From positions 1 to 52,322 of the forward strand of contig QNCD01000003.1 in the NCBI GenBank assembly GCA_003644385.1: a stretch of DNA of 52,322 bases. The letters are read 5' to 3'. The notes beneath the pieces were generated by a model that did no database searches, was not told where the DNA came from, and saw only the letters and a list, made by a program, of their open reading frames with translations. Source of the stretch: Candidatus Omnitrophota bacterium (lineage in GTDB: Bacteria; Omnitrophota; Gorgyraeia; Gygaellales; Profunditerraquicolaceae). The translations under genes and the position numbers were made by a program. Every line of letters begins with the position of its first letter. The first letter of the stretch is position 1. This document shows positions 10,271 through 19,917 of the stretch, piece after piece.

Positions 10271-10509
10271 TAATCAGTTCTTTTAGGAAAAATATTATAT
10301 AATAAACCCCGAACCAAAGCAAATCTTTTTTGACCCTGAATTCCCCTCGCTAACAATCCGGTTTATATTTTAATTAAAATATTTCGTAACCTCTTTATTT
10401 TTCGAAAGATATATCTCTGATAAAATTTTAAAGCGGACTTATAAAGGCAAGTACTAATAAGTAGATAAGAAATCAAGGTCTCCTAATATTAAATTGGCCT
10501 CTGATGCAG

Positions 10510-10971
10510 TTATCTTAAATCTCCGGGGGTAAGATCAACTACCTCTTCGATATTCGCCACAAACATGTATTCGGGCTTTGGCAGCCTTGCTTCAGGATGA
10601 TCAGGGTGTCCTTTTTCCTCGCGGATGTTTCTGACTAATCTATTAGCTGCCCTGGCGGCAATTTTCTCTTCCCATATTTTTTTTACCTCTTCATCCAGAT
10701 TTTTGGCACAAACTATATTAGCTGTCCCTTTCAAACAATAACCTCTGAATTTATGTTCGTCTACGGCAGTGATGCTTATTTTAGGATTACGTTTTAAATT
10801 TCTATAGGTTACTGCTTTATATAAATCAATGAGGTAAATTCTTCCGTTAACTTCTACCCTGGCGATTCCTTTACAGGAATTGTGAGGAAGGCCGTTTTTG
10901 CCTATGGTAGAAACAATAACAAAACCCTGGTTTTGAAAAAAATGAATTAACTCCGGAGTTAATCTTTTCAT
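10510..10971 (-). CDS. Pyridoxamine 5'-phosphate oxidase-like FMN-binding protein
   Basis: VIVSTIGKNGLPHNSCKG...TYRNLKRNPKISI...GYCLKGTA. Confidence 0.85.
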   Translation of the reverse strand: MKRLTPELIHFFQNQGFVIVSTIGKNGLPHNSCKGIARVEVNGRIYLIDLYKAVTYRNLKRNPKISITAVDEHKFRGYCLKGTANIVCAKNLDEEVKKIWEEKIAARAANRLVRNIREEKGHPDHPEARLPKPEYMFVANIEEVVDLTPGDLR

Positions 10972-10974
10972 TCT

Positions 10975-11415
10975 TTAGATATCCGCCTCTGCCATCCAGC
11001 GGCCGTGGAGGTTACAACTTTCTAAAGCTTTTAGTTTTCCTCCGGAAACTTTTAGGTGTATTCCTAAAATCGGATTAAGTCTCTCGGCAGTGAGATGATA
11101 ACGGGAAATGAAAACATTATCTATATATATATCAATGGAAGTTATGAAATGTTTTTCCTCCATCGGATGCAAGATTTCCCCTATCTTAATGTGGGCATCC
11201 GTACAACCGGCTCCTGCCAGGCCGCATTGTTTGCTGATTTTAATAACCGGGGTGTGTTTTTTTTCTAATTCATTAAGGTTCTTAGGGTCGGCCGGTTTCT
11301 TAATCGCATTGCTATCAGGCTGAAAAAAATTCTTCGGCGCATTACAGACCGGGCAGTTATCCGGGGCGCTGCCAAAAACAACATATCCACACTTTCCACA
11401 AACGAAATTATCCAT
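10975..11415 (-). CDS. Superoxide reductase (desulfoferrodoxin-type) with N-terminal rubredoxin-like domain
   Basis: Start ATG 11415 after a GGGAGG RBS; CGKCG...CPVC, then EKKHTP, HPMEEKHFI, CNLHG. Confidence 0.9.
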   Translation of the reverse strand: MDNFVCGKCGYVVFGSAPDNCPVCNAPKNFFQPDSNAIKKPADPKNLNELEKKHTPVIKISKQCGLAGAGCTDAHIKIGEILHPMEEKHFITSIDIYIDNVFISRYHLTAERLNPILGIHLKVSGGKLKALESCNLHGRWMAEADI

Positions 11416-11435
11416 TTTTTCCTCCCTAATAAGCA

Positions 11436-11472
11436 TATAACTTATGGAGCACGAAATGCGGCATAAGTTATA
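11436..11472. repeat. Intergenic hairpin (member of a small dispersed family)
   Basis: TATAACTTATG (11436-11446) / CATAAGTTATA (11462-11472), perfect 11-bp arms. Confidence 0.6.
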
Positions 11473-11529
11473 GTGAAACGCCTGCGCATTGACTCCGGAC
11501 ATCCATAATATACTTGTGAATGCGAGGAG

Positions 11530-12357
11530 CTAGATTTTCTCAAACATATCTTTTCCTACCCCGCACTCCGGGCATATCCAATCGCCGGGCAGAGATTCAA
11601 AACTTGTCCCCGGCGGAAATCCACTCTTAGGATCGCCTTTCGCGGGATCGTAAATATAACTACAGGCCTGACATTTATATTTACTCATTTTAACCATCCT
11701 TCCTTCTTTAAGAATCCTTATTCTCTCAGGTTTCAATACCCTTACCTCAATTTTACCGTCAAGCAACATTTTAAACTTTTCAGCATCTAGAGAAGTACCG
11801 GCAACCTCTCCATAATGCATGGGTATAGCTACCTTTGGCTTAATCTCCAAAGCTGCTTCTGCGGCCTCTTCTGCGGTCATTACATAAATGCCGCTTACCG
11901 GTAAAAGCGCAATATCGCATTTGTAGTCCTTCATTTCAGGGATATGGTCGGTATCCCCGGCAAAATAAATTGTAGTGCCGTCCAAAGTAACCAGAAAGCC
12001 TAATTTCCTGCTTTCTTTGGTATGAAATTGTTTATTCGTATTATAGCTTGCCACTGCTTTTATCTTAATGCCGTCTATCTCTGTTACTTCCTGGGGAGAA
12101 AGAACCTTAATTTCTTTGTAAGCAAAATTCACGGATTCTAATTGTTGGCCTGCGGCCTTATCAGTAACAATTACGGCATCTTTTGTGCTGATTAGCTTTA
12201 GATCCTCTTTGGAGCAATGGTCAAAATGGTCATGTGAAATAAAAATAATGTCGGCCTTGGGCGAACTCTGCGGCAACTTCCAGGGATCGAAATATAAAAC
12301 TTTTGAACCGTCTATGCGGAAACTATCATGGCCAAACCAGTGTATATTTTCAACCAT
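11530..12357 (-). CDS. MBL-fold metallo-hydrolase with in-frame C-terminal rubredoxin
   Basis: WFGHDSF, SHDHFDH, YFAGDT, IPMHYG; then [13 protein letters not shown]...[20 protein letters not shown]. Confidence 0.9.
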   Translation of the reverse strand: MVENIHWFGHDSFRIDGSKVLYFDPWKLPQSSPKADIIFISHDHFDHCSKEDLKLISTKDAVIVTDKAAGQQLESVNFAYKEIKVLSPQEVTEIDGIKIKAVASYNTNKQFHTKESRKLGFLVTLDGTTIYFAGDTDHIPEMKDYKCDIALLPVSGIYVMTAEEAAEAALEIKPKVAIPMHYGEVAGTSLDAEKFKMLLDGKIEVRVLKPERIRILKEGRMVKMSKYKCQACSYIYDPAKGDPKSGFPPGTSFESLPGDWICPECGVGKDMFEKI

Positions 12358-12387
12358 CTATACATCCTCCTTGGGAAAGATAAAATT

Positions 12388-12864
12388 CTAGGCTACTTTT
12401 TTAGCCTCTATCAGTTTCAGATAATGGCGGCGTTCCTCCTCAATTATCTTATCTATTGTTTTTCTCTGGCTGTCAGGTATTAAACTCTTGGCTTCTGTAT
12501 AATAATGCACTGAGTCTAATTCCATTTCAATCGCAAAGCGAATCGCCTCAAGCGCCGAATTAATCTCTTCCATTTTAAGTTTCATTGTTTTTGCCTTAGT
12601 AAATATATGCTCATCAGCATAGGAGCGCAGATATTGGAAATATTCTCCGGGGAAACTTTCCGCGGGCCTATAATTTTCTACCCTGGAAATCATTTCCTTG
12701 AATATCTCCCGGTGCTTTACTTCTTCATCTGCCAGAAAGTTAAAAGTATTTTTTATAGAATCTTTATCTATCTTGACAGCCATATTACGGTAAAATTCTT
12801 CTCCGTTTTCTTCAATTTTAATCGCAAATTGAAGAACTTCACTGGCGTTAAACATTGTAGACAT
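12388..12864 (-). CDS. Ferritin-like/rubrerythrin family protein
   Basis: AIKIEENGEEFY, LADEEVKH, AIEMELDSVHYY, EEERRH di-iron motifs. Confidence 0.92.
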   Translation of the reverse strand: MSTMFNASEVLQFAIKIEENGEEFYRNMAVKIDKDSIKNTFNFLADEEVKHREIFKEMISRVENYRPAESFPGEYFQYLRSYADEHIFTKAKTMKLKMEEINSALEAIRFAIEMELDSVHYYTEAKSLIPDSQRKTIDKIIEEERRHYLKLIEAKKVA

Positions 12865-12886
12865 TGCCTGCCTCCTTCTTGAGTTA

Positions 12887-14098
12887 TTACTGCGTTAATT
12901 CGTTGCCATCACTCTTTAATTTTTTGGCAAAATCCTTACCAAATTCATAACAGCGCACGCTTTCCTGCTCATTGGGAATATATTGTACTGAAAGCGAAGG
13001 TAAGCTGATTTCTATACCCGCCTCCTTGATGACCTTTTCAATCTCCTGGATCGCTCCCCCTGCCCAGCCATAGGAACCGAAAACGCAAGCCAGCCTATTC
13101 TTAGGTTTTAAGCCCTTTAAGAATTGCAGGAATCCGGCAATCGTAGTCAGCATATCATTATCGTGGGTCGAAGAACCAATAACATAACCTTTGCTATCTA
13201 ACATTTCCCTAATCACCTCAGTACGGTCAGAAAAGGTTATATCAAATAATTTAATATTTAGTCCTGAATCTATTATGCCTTCAGCGATCATTCTGGCCAT
13301 CTTCCCTGTTGCGCCCCACATTGTCTCATAAACTATGGCTACTTTATTTTTTGTCTCGTTTTTTGCCCAGGACGAATAGGCCTCAATTATCTTAGTCGGG
13401 AAACTACGCCAGATAATACCGTGGCTGGGAGCAATCATTCTAAGCGCAATATTCATCTTCTGCACTTCTTCGATTTTCTTTAATACCATAGCACTTAAAG
13501 GCCAAAGGATATTTCCGTAATACTTCGCTGCTTCATCCATAAGCACAAACTGATCTACCTCATCGTCAAACCTCTCAGAAGTGGCATAATGTTGACCAAA
13601 GGCATCATTAGGGAAAAGCAGCTCTTCCTGGGGGCAATAAGTAAACATACTTTCCGGCCAATGCAGCATTGGCGCTTCTAAAAAAGTTAAGACCCTTTTG
13701 CCTAAATTTAACTCATCGCCGGTCTTAACAAACTGGAAATCCCAGTTGCCGTAATAATGTTTGTATAAGCCTTCTTTGCATTTCTTAGTACCCAGGACTT
13801 TTGCCATGGGGCAAAGTTTTAAAACTTCAGGCAAGGCTCCGGAATGGTCTACTTCTACGTGATTGGTAATGATATAATCAATATTTTCTAAGGGGGTAAG
13901 CTGTTTTATTTTTTCAATCAATTCCCCGGTAAATGCAGGGTGTACTGTATCTATTAAGGCAATCTTCTCATCCTTAACCAAATAAGCGTTGTAGGTGGTG
14001 CCTCTTTTTGTGGTATAGGTGTGGCCGTGGAAATTACGCACGTTCCAGTCAACTGCTCCTACCCAATAAATATCTTTTTTTATTTCTAATGCACACAT
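12887..14098 (-). CDS. fprA: Flavodiiron protein (A-type flavoprotein)
   Basis: GTTYNAYL, NHVEVDHSG, PMLHWPESM, DAFGQH, APSHG, flavodoxin FGSYGWAG. Confidence 0.96.
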   Translation of the reverse strand: MCALEIKKDIYWVGAVDWNVRNFHGHTYTTKRGTTYNAYLVKDEKIALIDTVHPAFTGELIEKIKQLTPLENIDYIITNHVEVDHSGALPEVLKLCPMAKVLGTKKCKEGLYKHYYGNWDFQFVKTGDELNLGKRVLTFLEAPMLHWPESMFTYCPQEELLFPNDAFGQHYATSERFDDEVDQFVLMDEAAKYYGNILWPLSAMVLKKIEEVQKMNIALRMIAPSHGIIWRSFPTKIIEAYSSWAKNETKNKVAIVYETMWGATGKMARMIAEGIIDSGLNIKLFDITFSDRTEVIREMLDSKGYVIGSSTHDNDMLTTIAGFLQFLKGLKPKNRLACVFGSYGWAGGAIQEIEKVIKEAGIEISLPSLSVQYIPNEQESVRCYEFGKDFAKKLKSDGNELTQ

Positions 14099-14961
14099 TT
14101 AAACGTCTATCCCGAATAACTTCCTGACCGCTAAACCAATAACAAAATTAATTGCCGCAACCGAAAGGCCGGTTCCGGCCATCTCCAGGAATCTCTTCTT
14201 AAAATTTAAATTTTTGGCTACGGAAATATAAAAAGTAAAAATAATTAAAAGGGCTGTAAAGATTACTAAGCTCAAACAAAAATAAATATTTTCTAAAACT
14301 AAATAAGGTAATATCAGCGGTACGACTGTTATTACGTAGGCAAAACCAGTATAAATACTTGCTTTAAGAGGGTTTTTTGCGTATCCTCATGTTTAGTAGA
14401 AAGATACTCTGATGCAGCCATAGATAAGGAAGCGGCGATTCCGGTAATTAGCCCGACAATACCTACTAATTTCGTATTTTGTAATGCCAGGCTTAATCCG
14501 ACTAAAGCTCCGGTTAATTCCACTAATGCGTCGTTTAACCCCAAAACCATAGAGCTGACATATTGCAGACGTTCTTCATTAATTGAATCTAATAACTCCA
14601 GCTCATGAGTATTCTCATCCTGAATTATTTTCTCAATTTCGGGCGTCCTTTCCTTTATCTTAGCATAAACATCCTGAGCAAGATCCTCCCCCTTTCCCAT
14701 TAACCTTAAACCGAAATTCAAACCGAAAACTTTAGTAATAAGAACATAAAGAAAAACCTTAAAATTATCCGGGCGAACCTCTTGTCCGGTTAAGGTTTTA
14801 AAAAAATCGTAGTGTCTCAATTCATCCGCAGAAATCTTCTCTAAAAGATCTTTTTGCTCTTTTAGCCTTGTGCTTAAAGCAAGCCTTTTATAAATAATGT
14901 GCTCGGTAATCTCATTGCGCTGTGCCTTTAAAACTTTTAATTTTAGCTCTTGGTTTAACAT
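14099..14961 (-). pseudogene. Rubrerythrin-VIT1/CCC1 family iron transporter, split by a 1-nt frameshift
   Basis: Ferritin-like N domain (QRNEITEH, DELRH, DENTH), VLGLNDALVE, SMAASEYLS. Adding one A to the A6 run near 14373-14378 restores NPLKASIYTGFAYV...RFLEMAG...LFGIDV*, with its stop at 14099 abutting the fprA start. Confidence 0.85.
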
Positions 14962-14979
14962 AAGCTTTTCTTTTTAAAA

Positions 14980-15687
14980 TTAATAACCGATAAAGCTTTC
15001 TGTTCTTAGGTTTTCTTTTTTGCAACCCGCCTCCAGACACAAAGCATTCATTGCCTTAACCATACCGGGCGGGCCAAAGATATAAATTATTCGTTCGTGG
15101 ATATCTTTGATTTTTTCTACAACTAATTGTTTATTTATCCTCCCGGAAATGTAGTTTTGATCTTGTTTTGAAGAATCTGTCATGGTGTAAAAAACTTTTA
15201 TATTGGTATTATTCTGCCAACTATCTAGCTCCTTCTTAAAAGCGATTTCTTCTTGGTTGCGGTTAGAATAAAGTAAAAACGCACTAGTGGATAACTTACG
15301 GTCGACAATGTATTCCAAAATAGAAATTACCGGCGTAATCCCGATGCCGCCGATTAAAAAAGCGATTTTTCTGTATTCTTCTCTGAGCACATTAGTTCCG
15401 AAAGGCGCCTTTAAAGTTATCTCCTCTTCAAATTTTAAATTCCGCAGTTTAGAGGAAAAGTCACTTTCGCTTAGTCTTTTGGTAACTTCGATATAATCTT
15501 TTAAAGGAGAAGAAGAAAACGAAAGGTATTTATTTAAATCTTTGTTTTTAGGGTTAGAACTATCGAATACAAACTGTAAAAATTGGCCTGGTAAAAATTG
15601 GTTTTTATTTTCTGAATAAAACCTAAAGCTTTCTATCGTAGGTGTTCTTTTGATCTTTTCGACTAACTTAACTTTAAAAGCCTGCAT
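14980..15687 (-). CDS. FAD/NAD(P)-binding oxidoreductase (ferredoxin-NADP reductase-like)
   Basis: FLPGQF, YLSFSSSP, APFG, IGGIGITP, YSNR, FGPPGMV, ESFIGY. Start moved to ATG 15687 to avoid overlap with the sufB-like gene. Confidence 0.9.
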   Translation of the reverse strand: MQAFKVKLVEKIKRTPTIESFRFYSENKNQFLPGQFLQFVFDSSNPKNKDLNKYLSFSSSPLKDYIEVTKRLSESDFSSKLRNLKFEEEITLKAPFGTNVLREEYRKIAFLIGGIGITPVISILEYIVDRKLSTSAFLLYSNRNQEEIAFKKELDSWQNNTNIKVFYTMTDSSKQDQNYISGRINKQLVVEKIKDIHERIIYIFGPPGMVKAMNALCLEAGCKKENLRTESFIGY

Positions 15688-15695
15688 AGCGTAAA

Positions 15696-16799
15696 TTAAA
15701 AGGCCTTGCTCAATATTTTTTCTTCCAGTCCGGCGATTTCTTTCTTTAAGAAATCCGGCAAAGCCAAAGTATCCACATCCATAAAACCGCGCACTATAAT
15801 GGCTTGCGCAGCTTCTTTGCTGAATCCGCGGGAACACAGATATTCAATCTCTTCTTTGTTGATTTTTCCTATTGCCGCTTCGTGCGACATATCTACATCG
15901 CGAAGGTCCGATTCCATTTCAGGGATAGCGTGAATTGTGCCCTTCTCTGAAAGAATTAAACCCCGGCATTCTAGATGCGCCCGGATATCTTTATTTTCTG
16001 CTTTCAGGTGGCCGCGGGCTACGACTTTACCTCCCAGACTTACTGCGCGAGCCATAATTTCTGCCTGGGTGCCCTTGGCCCTTAAAATGACTCTTGAGCC
16101 GATATCCTGTAACGAGCCGGGATGGGATAGTAAAAGTGAATTAAAACTGGCCCGCGATCCTTCTTCTTTAAGAACCGCAGTCGGATACATAGTGATATTT
16201 TTTACCGGACGCAGGCAGATATAATTAGAAATAAAAGTGGCACCCTCGCTAACCATAGCTATGCTGATCGGCCTGACAGTAACATCCTCTTTCCAAGAAT
16301 GCACCATAGTGAAATTGAGGTATCCCCCCTTGTGCACGAAAAATTCTGAAATCCCAAGGTGATAGCCTTCATTAGCTGCTTTTGCCGCAGAACAGCCGGT
16401 AATCAGATAAACCCGTGCACCTTCTTCTACAATAATAATGTTGTGTACTTTCTGTTTTAATCCTTGCGACTTAAGAAAAAGGCAGGCCTGGATGGGCAAT
16501 TTGATACTTTGATCTTTTTTGACCCTGATAAAATAGCCGCCCTTTGTATCGGCGGGATACTCTCTATTTAATTCCTTAAAGGACTTGCCGTAGTATTGCC
16601 CGGCTTCGGGAAACTTATCAAGCGCCTCTTCTATACCTAAAATATCTATGCCCTTTTGGAGGCTGCGATAAAAATTGACTTGATGGTCCGCTTGCAAGAA
16701 GCTCGCTGAGCGCGTCTTCTCTGAAAGGTCCATCCCCGAGGAACTGACTATATCTATGTCCTCGGGATCCAAAGTCTTATTCAATTCGCTTTTTGTCAT
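15696..16799 (-). CDS. sufB: SufB/SufD-family Fe-S scaffold (SmsB-like)
   Basis: PIQACL, QKVHNIIIVEEGA, HLGISEFFV, AHLECRGLIL, SHEAAIGKI, IVRGF. Confidence 0.88.
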   Translation of the reverse strand: MTKSELNKTLDPEDIDIVSSSGMDLSEKTRSASFLQADHQVNFYRSLQKGIDILGIEEALDKFPEAGQYYGKSFKELNREYPADTKGGYFIRVKKDQSIKLPIQACLFLKSQGLKQKVHNIIIVEEGARVYLITGCSAAKAANEGYHLGISEFFVHKGGYLNFTMVHSWKEDVTVRPISIAMVSEGATFISNYICLRPVKNITMYPTAVLKEEGSRASFNSLLLSHPGSLQDIGSRVILRAKGTQAEIMARAVSLGGKVVARGHLKAENKDIRAHLECRGLILSEKGTIHAIPEMESDLRDVDMSHEAAIGKINKEEIEYLCSRGFSKEAAQAIIVRGFMDVDTLALPDFLKKEIAGLEEKILSKAF

Positions 16800-17499
16800 G
16801 GCATTCTGTGCATTTTATGTAACCTTTTTCTTTAATCGTCTCAAACATCTCTTTTGGTCCGCCTGCGCACCAGAATCTCCCATCAATCATCACGCAACCC
16901 CTCTTTGCTTTTACATAATCCATAATATAGCCGGTATGGGTGATGATTAAAGCGGATTTCTCTCTTTGTTTAAGATAATCATTAAGCACCGAACCCATCA
17001 AAGAGATATTTTCTAGGTCTACCCCGGACTCAGGCTCATCCAGAAGTAAAAAATCAGGGTCCTGTAAAAGTACCTGGAATAATTCCGAACGCTTAATTTC
17101 TCCGCCTGAAAAATCTAAATTTACGTCGCGGTTTAAATGTTCTGTAAGGGAGAGCCTCTCTGCCAGTTCTTTATTTTTTGCTTTGTCTTTAGAAAGAAAC
17201 TCGGCTATCTGGGCGAGCCTAACCCCTCTAATTTTTGGCGGATGCTGATACATTATGCCGATACCTTGTTTAACCCTTTCTTCGGTTTCCAGGTCGTTGA
17301 TTCTGTCGCCCTTAAAAATTATCTCTCCGCTTCTTACGTTATAGCCTGAAAAACCCATAATCGTTTTAATCAGGGTGGTCTTACCGCTTCCGTTCGGGCC
17401 AAAAACTACCATTATTTCGTTTTTGCCTATACTTAAATTTATTTCTTTAAGTATAGTTTTACCTTGGACTTCGACTGAAAGGTTGTTTATTTCTAGCAT
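16777..17499 (-). CDS. sufC: SufC-like ABC ATPase (SmsC-like)
   Basis: GPNGSGKT, RDVNLDFSGGEIKRSE, LLDEPESGVD, IITHTG, C-terminal GYIKCTEC. Confidence 0.9.
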   Translation of the reverse strand: MLEINNLSVEVQGKTILKEINLSIGKNEIMVVFGPNGSGKTTLIKTIMGFSGYNVRSGEIIFKGDRINDLETEERVKQGIGIMYQHPPKIRGVRLAQIAEFLSKDKAKNKELAERLSLTEHLNRDVNLDFSGGEIKRSELFQVLLQDPDFLLLDEPESGVDLENISLMGSVLNDYLKQREKSALIITHTGYIMDYVKAKRGCVMIDGRFWCAGGPKEMFETIKEKGYIKCTECHDKKRIE

Positions 17500-17547
17500 A
17501 TTATCCAGCTTCCCCAGACCTTCATTTTAACGCAACCGCGGCCTTTA

Positions 17548-17793
17548 TCAATCTCGCTTATTTGGCAAAGTCTTCTTTAGCCGCCTTAATTTCTCTTCGT
17601 CAATACACTCCCGCGCCGCCCTACACCAATCTATGCAAGAAGGCAATCTATCTCGGCAAACCAGGCTTTTACAGCGGGGGCAATGAATTTGTACCTCATC
17701 AGAAAAAATCTCCAGAAGATAACCGCAATCCTGACAAGGAATAGTCTCTATTTCAATGTTCCTCTTATCTTGGCCCGGGCATTTATAAGTCAT
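17548..17793 (-). CDS. Small Cys-rich (Zn/Fe ribbon-like) protein
   Basis: 81 aa: CPGQD, CQDCG, CPRCK, CIDWC, C; RBS GGAG and overlap with the rrf2 stop. Confidence 0.8.
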   Translation of the reverse strand: MTYKCPGQDKRNIEIETIPCQDCGYLLEIFSDEVQIHCPRCKSLVCRDRLPSCIDWCRAARECIDEEKLRRLKKTLPNKRD

Positions 17794-18197
17794 TTAATTT
17801 CTCCTGCTAAAGAGGCAATACTGATAACCTCTAATTGCGAAATTACTTTACCTTCAATTTCTTTTAACTTCCGGCTTAGGAGACAAGTCCTAATATTAGG
17901 ACAGGGCTTTTTTTTAAAAATGCATTCCCTTAATTTAACTCCTCCCTGAAAAATCCTGACTAAATCCATTACAAATATTTTCTTCGGCGGCTGAACTAAA
18001 ACGAAGCCTCCGCTTTTACCCTTATAAGATCTAAGCACTCTTCTTTTGTTCAAAGTCTGCAGTATTTTTCTTAAAAAGGGTCGCGGTATTTTTAAATCCC
18101 TGACTAATTCCTTTGCAGAGATAAACTTTTTTTTGTTTTTTGCCATAAAACAAAGCGCGCGAATAGCATAATCAGTATCTCTGTTAATCAGGCTCAT
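17790..18197 (-). CDS. Rrf2 family transcriptional regulator (3 Cys, likely Fe-S binding)
   Basis: TDYAIRAL, IPRPFLRKILQTL, KGKSGGF, ECIFKKKPCPNIRTC. Confidence 0.93.
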   Translation of the reverse strand: MSLINRDTDYAIRALCFMAKNKKKFISAKELVRDLKIPRPFLRKILQTLNKRRVLRSYKGKSGGFVLVQPPKKIFVMDLVRIFQGGVKLRECIFKKKPCPNIRTCLLSRKLKEIEGKVISQLEVISIASLAGEIK

Positions 18198-18338
18198 TTA
18201 TTCTCCCGTATTAAACGAATTTTTTATTCAGGGGGCAGTTTAGCATCGTGCCCAGGACAATCTACTGCAACCTTCCTTACAATGTGCTACAGGCCGAAGC
18301 ATATATTTAATAGTAACTTGCATGCTCATCACCTGCAA

Positions 18339-18370
18339 ACAAATGATACCATATTAGTATCATTTGTCAA
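18339..18370 (-). promoter_or_regulatory. Promoter of the Rrf2 operon overlapped by a palindromic operator
   Basis: ACAAATGATAC-N7-GTATCATTTGT perfect 11-bp arms (18339-18367); minus strand TTGACA-N16-TATCAT with TG extension. Confidence 0.75.
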
Positions 18371-18379
18371 GCATTTTTT

Positions 18380-19138
18380 CTAATCTTGTCTTGTCATCGG
18401 TACAAATCTGACCGGAATAATGTCTTTTTGCTCTAATCTGCCGTTAATTTTCTTAAGCAAGCGCAGCTCCTGGTATTTATCTCCCACTGGAATAACCATG
18501 CTGCCCCCTTCGGCTAATTGTTCAATCAAAAGTCCGGGAACTTCTTCAGATGCACAGGTAACGATTATCCGCTCAAATGGAGCAAATTCCGGCCAACCCA
18601 AATAGCCGTCTGCGCGCTTGACTTTAATATTTTTATAGCCCAAACCATCTAATAACTCCTCTGCCCGAGAGGCAAGTTCTGGTAGGATTTCAATGCTGTA
18701 AACCTCCCTAACCAACTCTGCCAATATGGCTGCCTGATAACCTGAACCGGTTCCTATTTCTAAAACTCTCTCATTACCTTTCAGCTCTAAAACCTCGGTC
18801 ATCAACGCCACTATATAGGGTTGAGATATGGTCTGCCCGAATCCAATGGGTAAAGGGTTATCCTCGTAAGCTAAATAGCGTAGGTTCCTGGGTACGAATT
18901 TATGCCTTTCTACTTTCAGCATTGCCGCCAGAACAGAATCATCTTTGATCCCGCGTGCCTTGATCTGTTCATCAACCATCTTCTCTCTAAGCCTGGTAAA
19001 CTTTTGCTGCCAGGTTGCGCTGGTCACCCCATCCTGCGCAAACACTAATCTTGCGCCAAACGGGATTGAAATAATTAAAACCGATAAAAATAAACTCCAA
19101 ATCCTCTTTTCCATCTTGGGGACGTTTCTACTTATCAT
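18380..19138 (-). CDS. pcm: Protein-L-isoaspartate O-methyltransferase with hydrophobic N-terminal extension
   Basis: VERHKFVP, GQTISQPYIVA, VLEIGTGSGYQAA, DGYLGWPEFAPF, VRFVPM. Confidence 0.95.
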   Translation of the reverse strand: MISRNVPKMEKRIWSLFLSVLIISIPFGARLVFAQDGVTSATWQQKFTRLREKMVDEQIKARGIKDDSVLAAMLKVERHKFVPRNLRYLAYEDNPLPIGFGQTISQPYIVALMTEVLELKGNERVLEIGTGSGYQAAILAELVREVYSIEILPELASRAEELLDGLGYKNIKVKRADGYLGWPEFAPFERIIVTCASEEVPGLLIEQLAEGGSMVIPVGDKYQELRLLKKINGRLEQKDIIPVRFVPMTRQD

Positions 19139-19308
19139 AACTCTTTATAAAATAAAGAGTTACATCTTAAATGGAATTGAAATAAAAACAAGCGATAATA
19201 TATAAATAGTATTATTTCGATGCTGCTGTAACTTATTGTGGCTCAAGGATTAAATCTATTGAGAAACGTCCTTTTTTATAAGGGAAAGGGATGGGTCATA
19301 AAGAAAGA

Positions 19309-19635
19309 TTATTCTTTTAATGCCTGGATTACTTCGGATAGATCCGTGCCGCCTAAATTTACGCCTGTGCGGTATTTATCAGGCTCTACCATTTTAGACC
19401 AGGCTACATTTCCCCAGGCATAAAGCGTCTCGCCTTTATCCGGAATTGGCAACCAGATTTCTAAAGAAGTATCCGGCGCTAACTGCTCATCGGTGAACAA
19501 ACCGACGCCCCTTAAACTAACATCATGAGTTTTAACCAGCCGCCAGCGGTTTGAATACATATTTAAGAATCTCGCCGAAAGTTTTACCGGAAATCTTGCA
19601 AAATGCCTTTTATCGCTACTAGATTCTTCCTGCAT
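19309..19635 (-). CDS. PilZ domain protein
   Basis: KRHFAR and DVSLRG motifs; GGAGG RBS. Confidence 0.88.
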   Translation of the reverse strand: MQEESSSDKRHFARFPVKLSARFLNMYSNRWRLVKTHDVSLRGVGLFTDEQLAPDTSLEIWLPIPDKGETLYAWGNVAWSKMVEPDKYRTGVNLGGTDLSEVIQALKE

Positions 19636-19711
19636 TTTAAGAATACCTCCTCTTTTCTAAATTTAATTAAAAAACATTCATTTTTATTATACCATAAAAA
19701 ATCTGCCTGCA

Positions 19712-19747
19712 TAAAAATAAAAAAGCCATGCCCCCCTAAGCACGGCT
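19712..19747 (-). terminator. Intrinsic terminator upstream of the PilZ gene
   Basis: Minus strand AGCCGTGC-loop-GCATGGCT followed by TTTTATTTTT. Confidence 0.6.
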
Positions 19748-19767
19748 GTCTATATTATATTTGATGA

Positions 19768-19917
19768 TTATCTTATTATGTCTTTCTGTTTGCCGGAATT
19801 AAGTGAAAGTTTAGTTTTTCTTTTGCGCCTCTTGTTTTCTTTAATTAAGGCATCAAAATAACCTTTAAGTAAAGTTTTAGCTTTAGTGTGCTGGGTGGGT
19901 TTTTTTGGATTTTTCAT
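19768..19917 (-). CDS. Possible small basic protein (49 aa)
   Basis: MKNPKKPTQHTKAKTLLKGYFDALIKENKRRKRKTKLSLNSGKQKDIIR*; a TTGACA lies upstream and a terminator downstream; weak RBS. Confidence 0.3.
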   Translation of the reverse strand: MKNPKKPTQHTKAKTLLKGYFDALIKENKRRKRKTKLSLNSGKQKDIIR

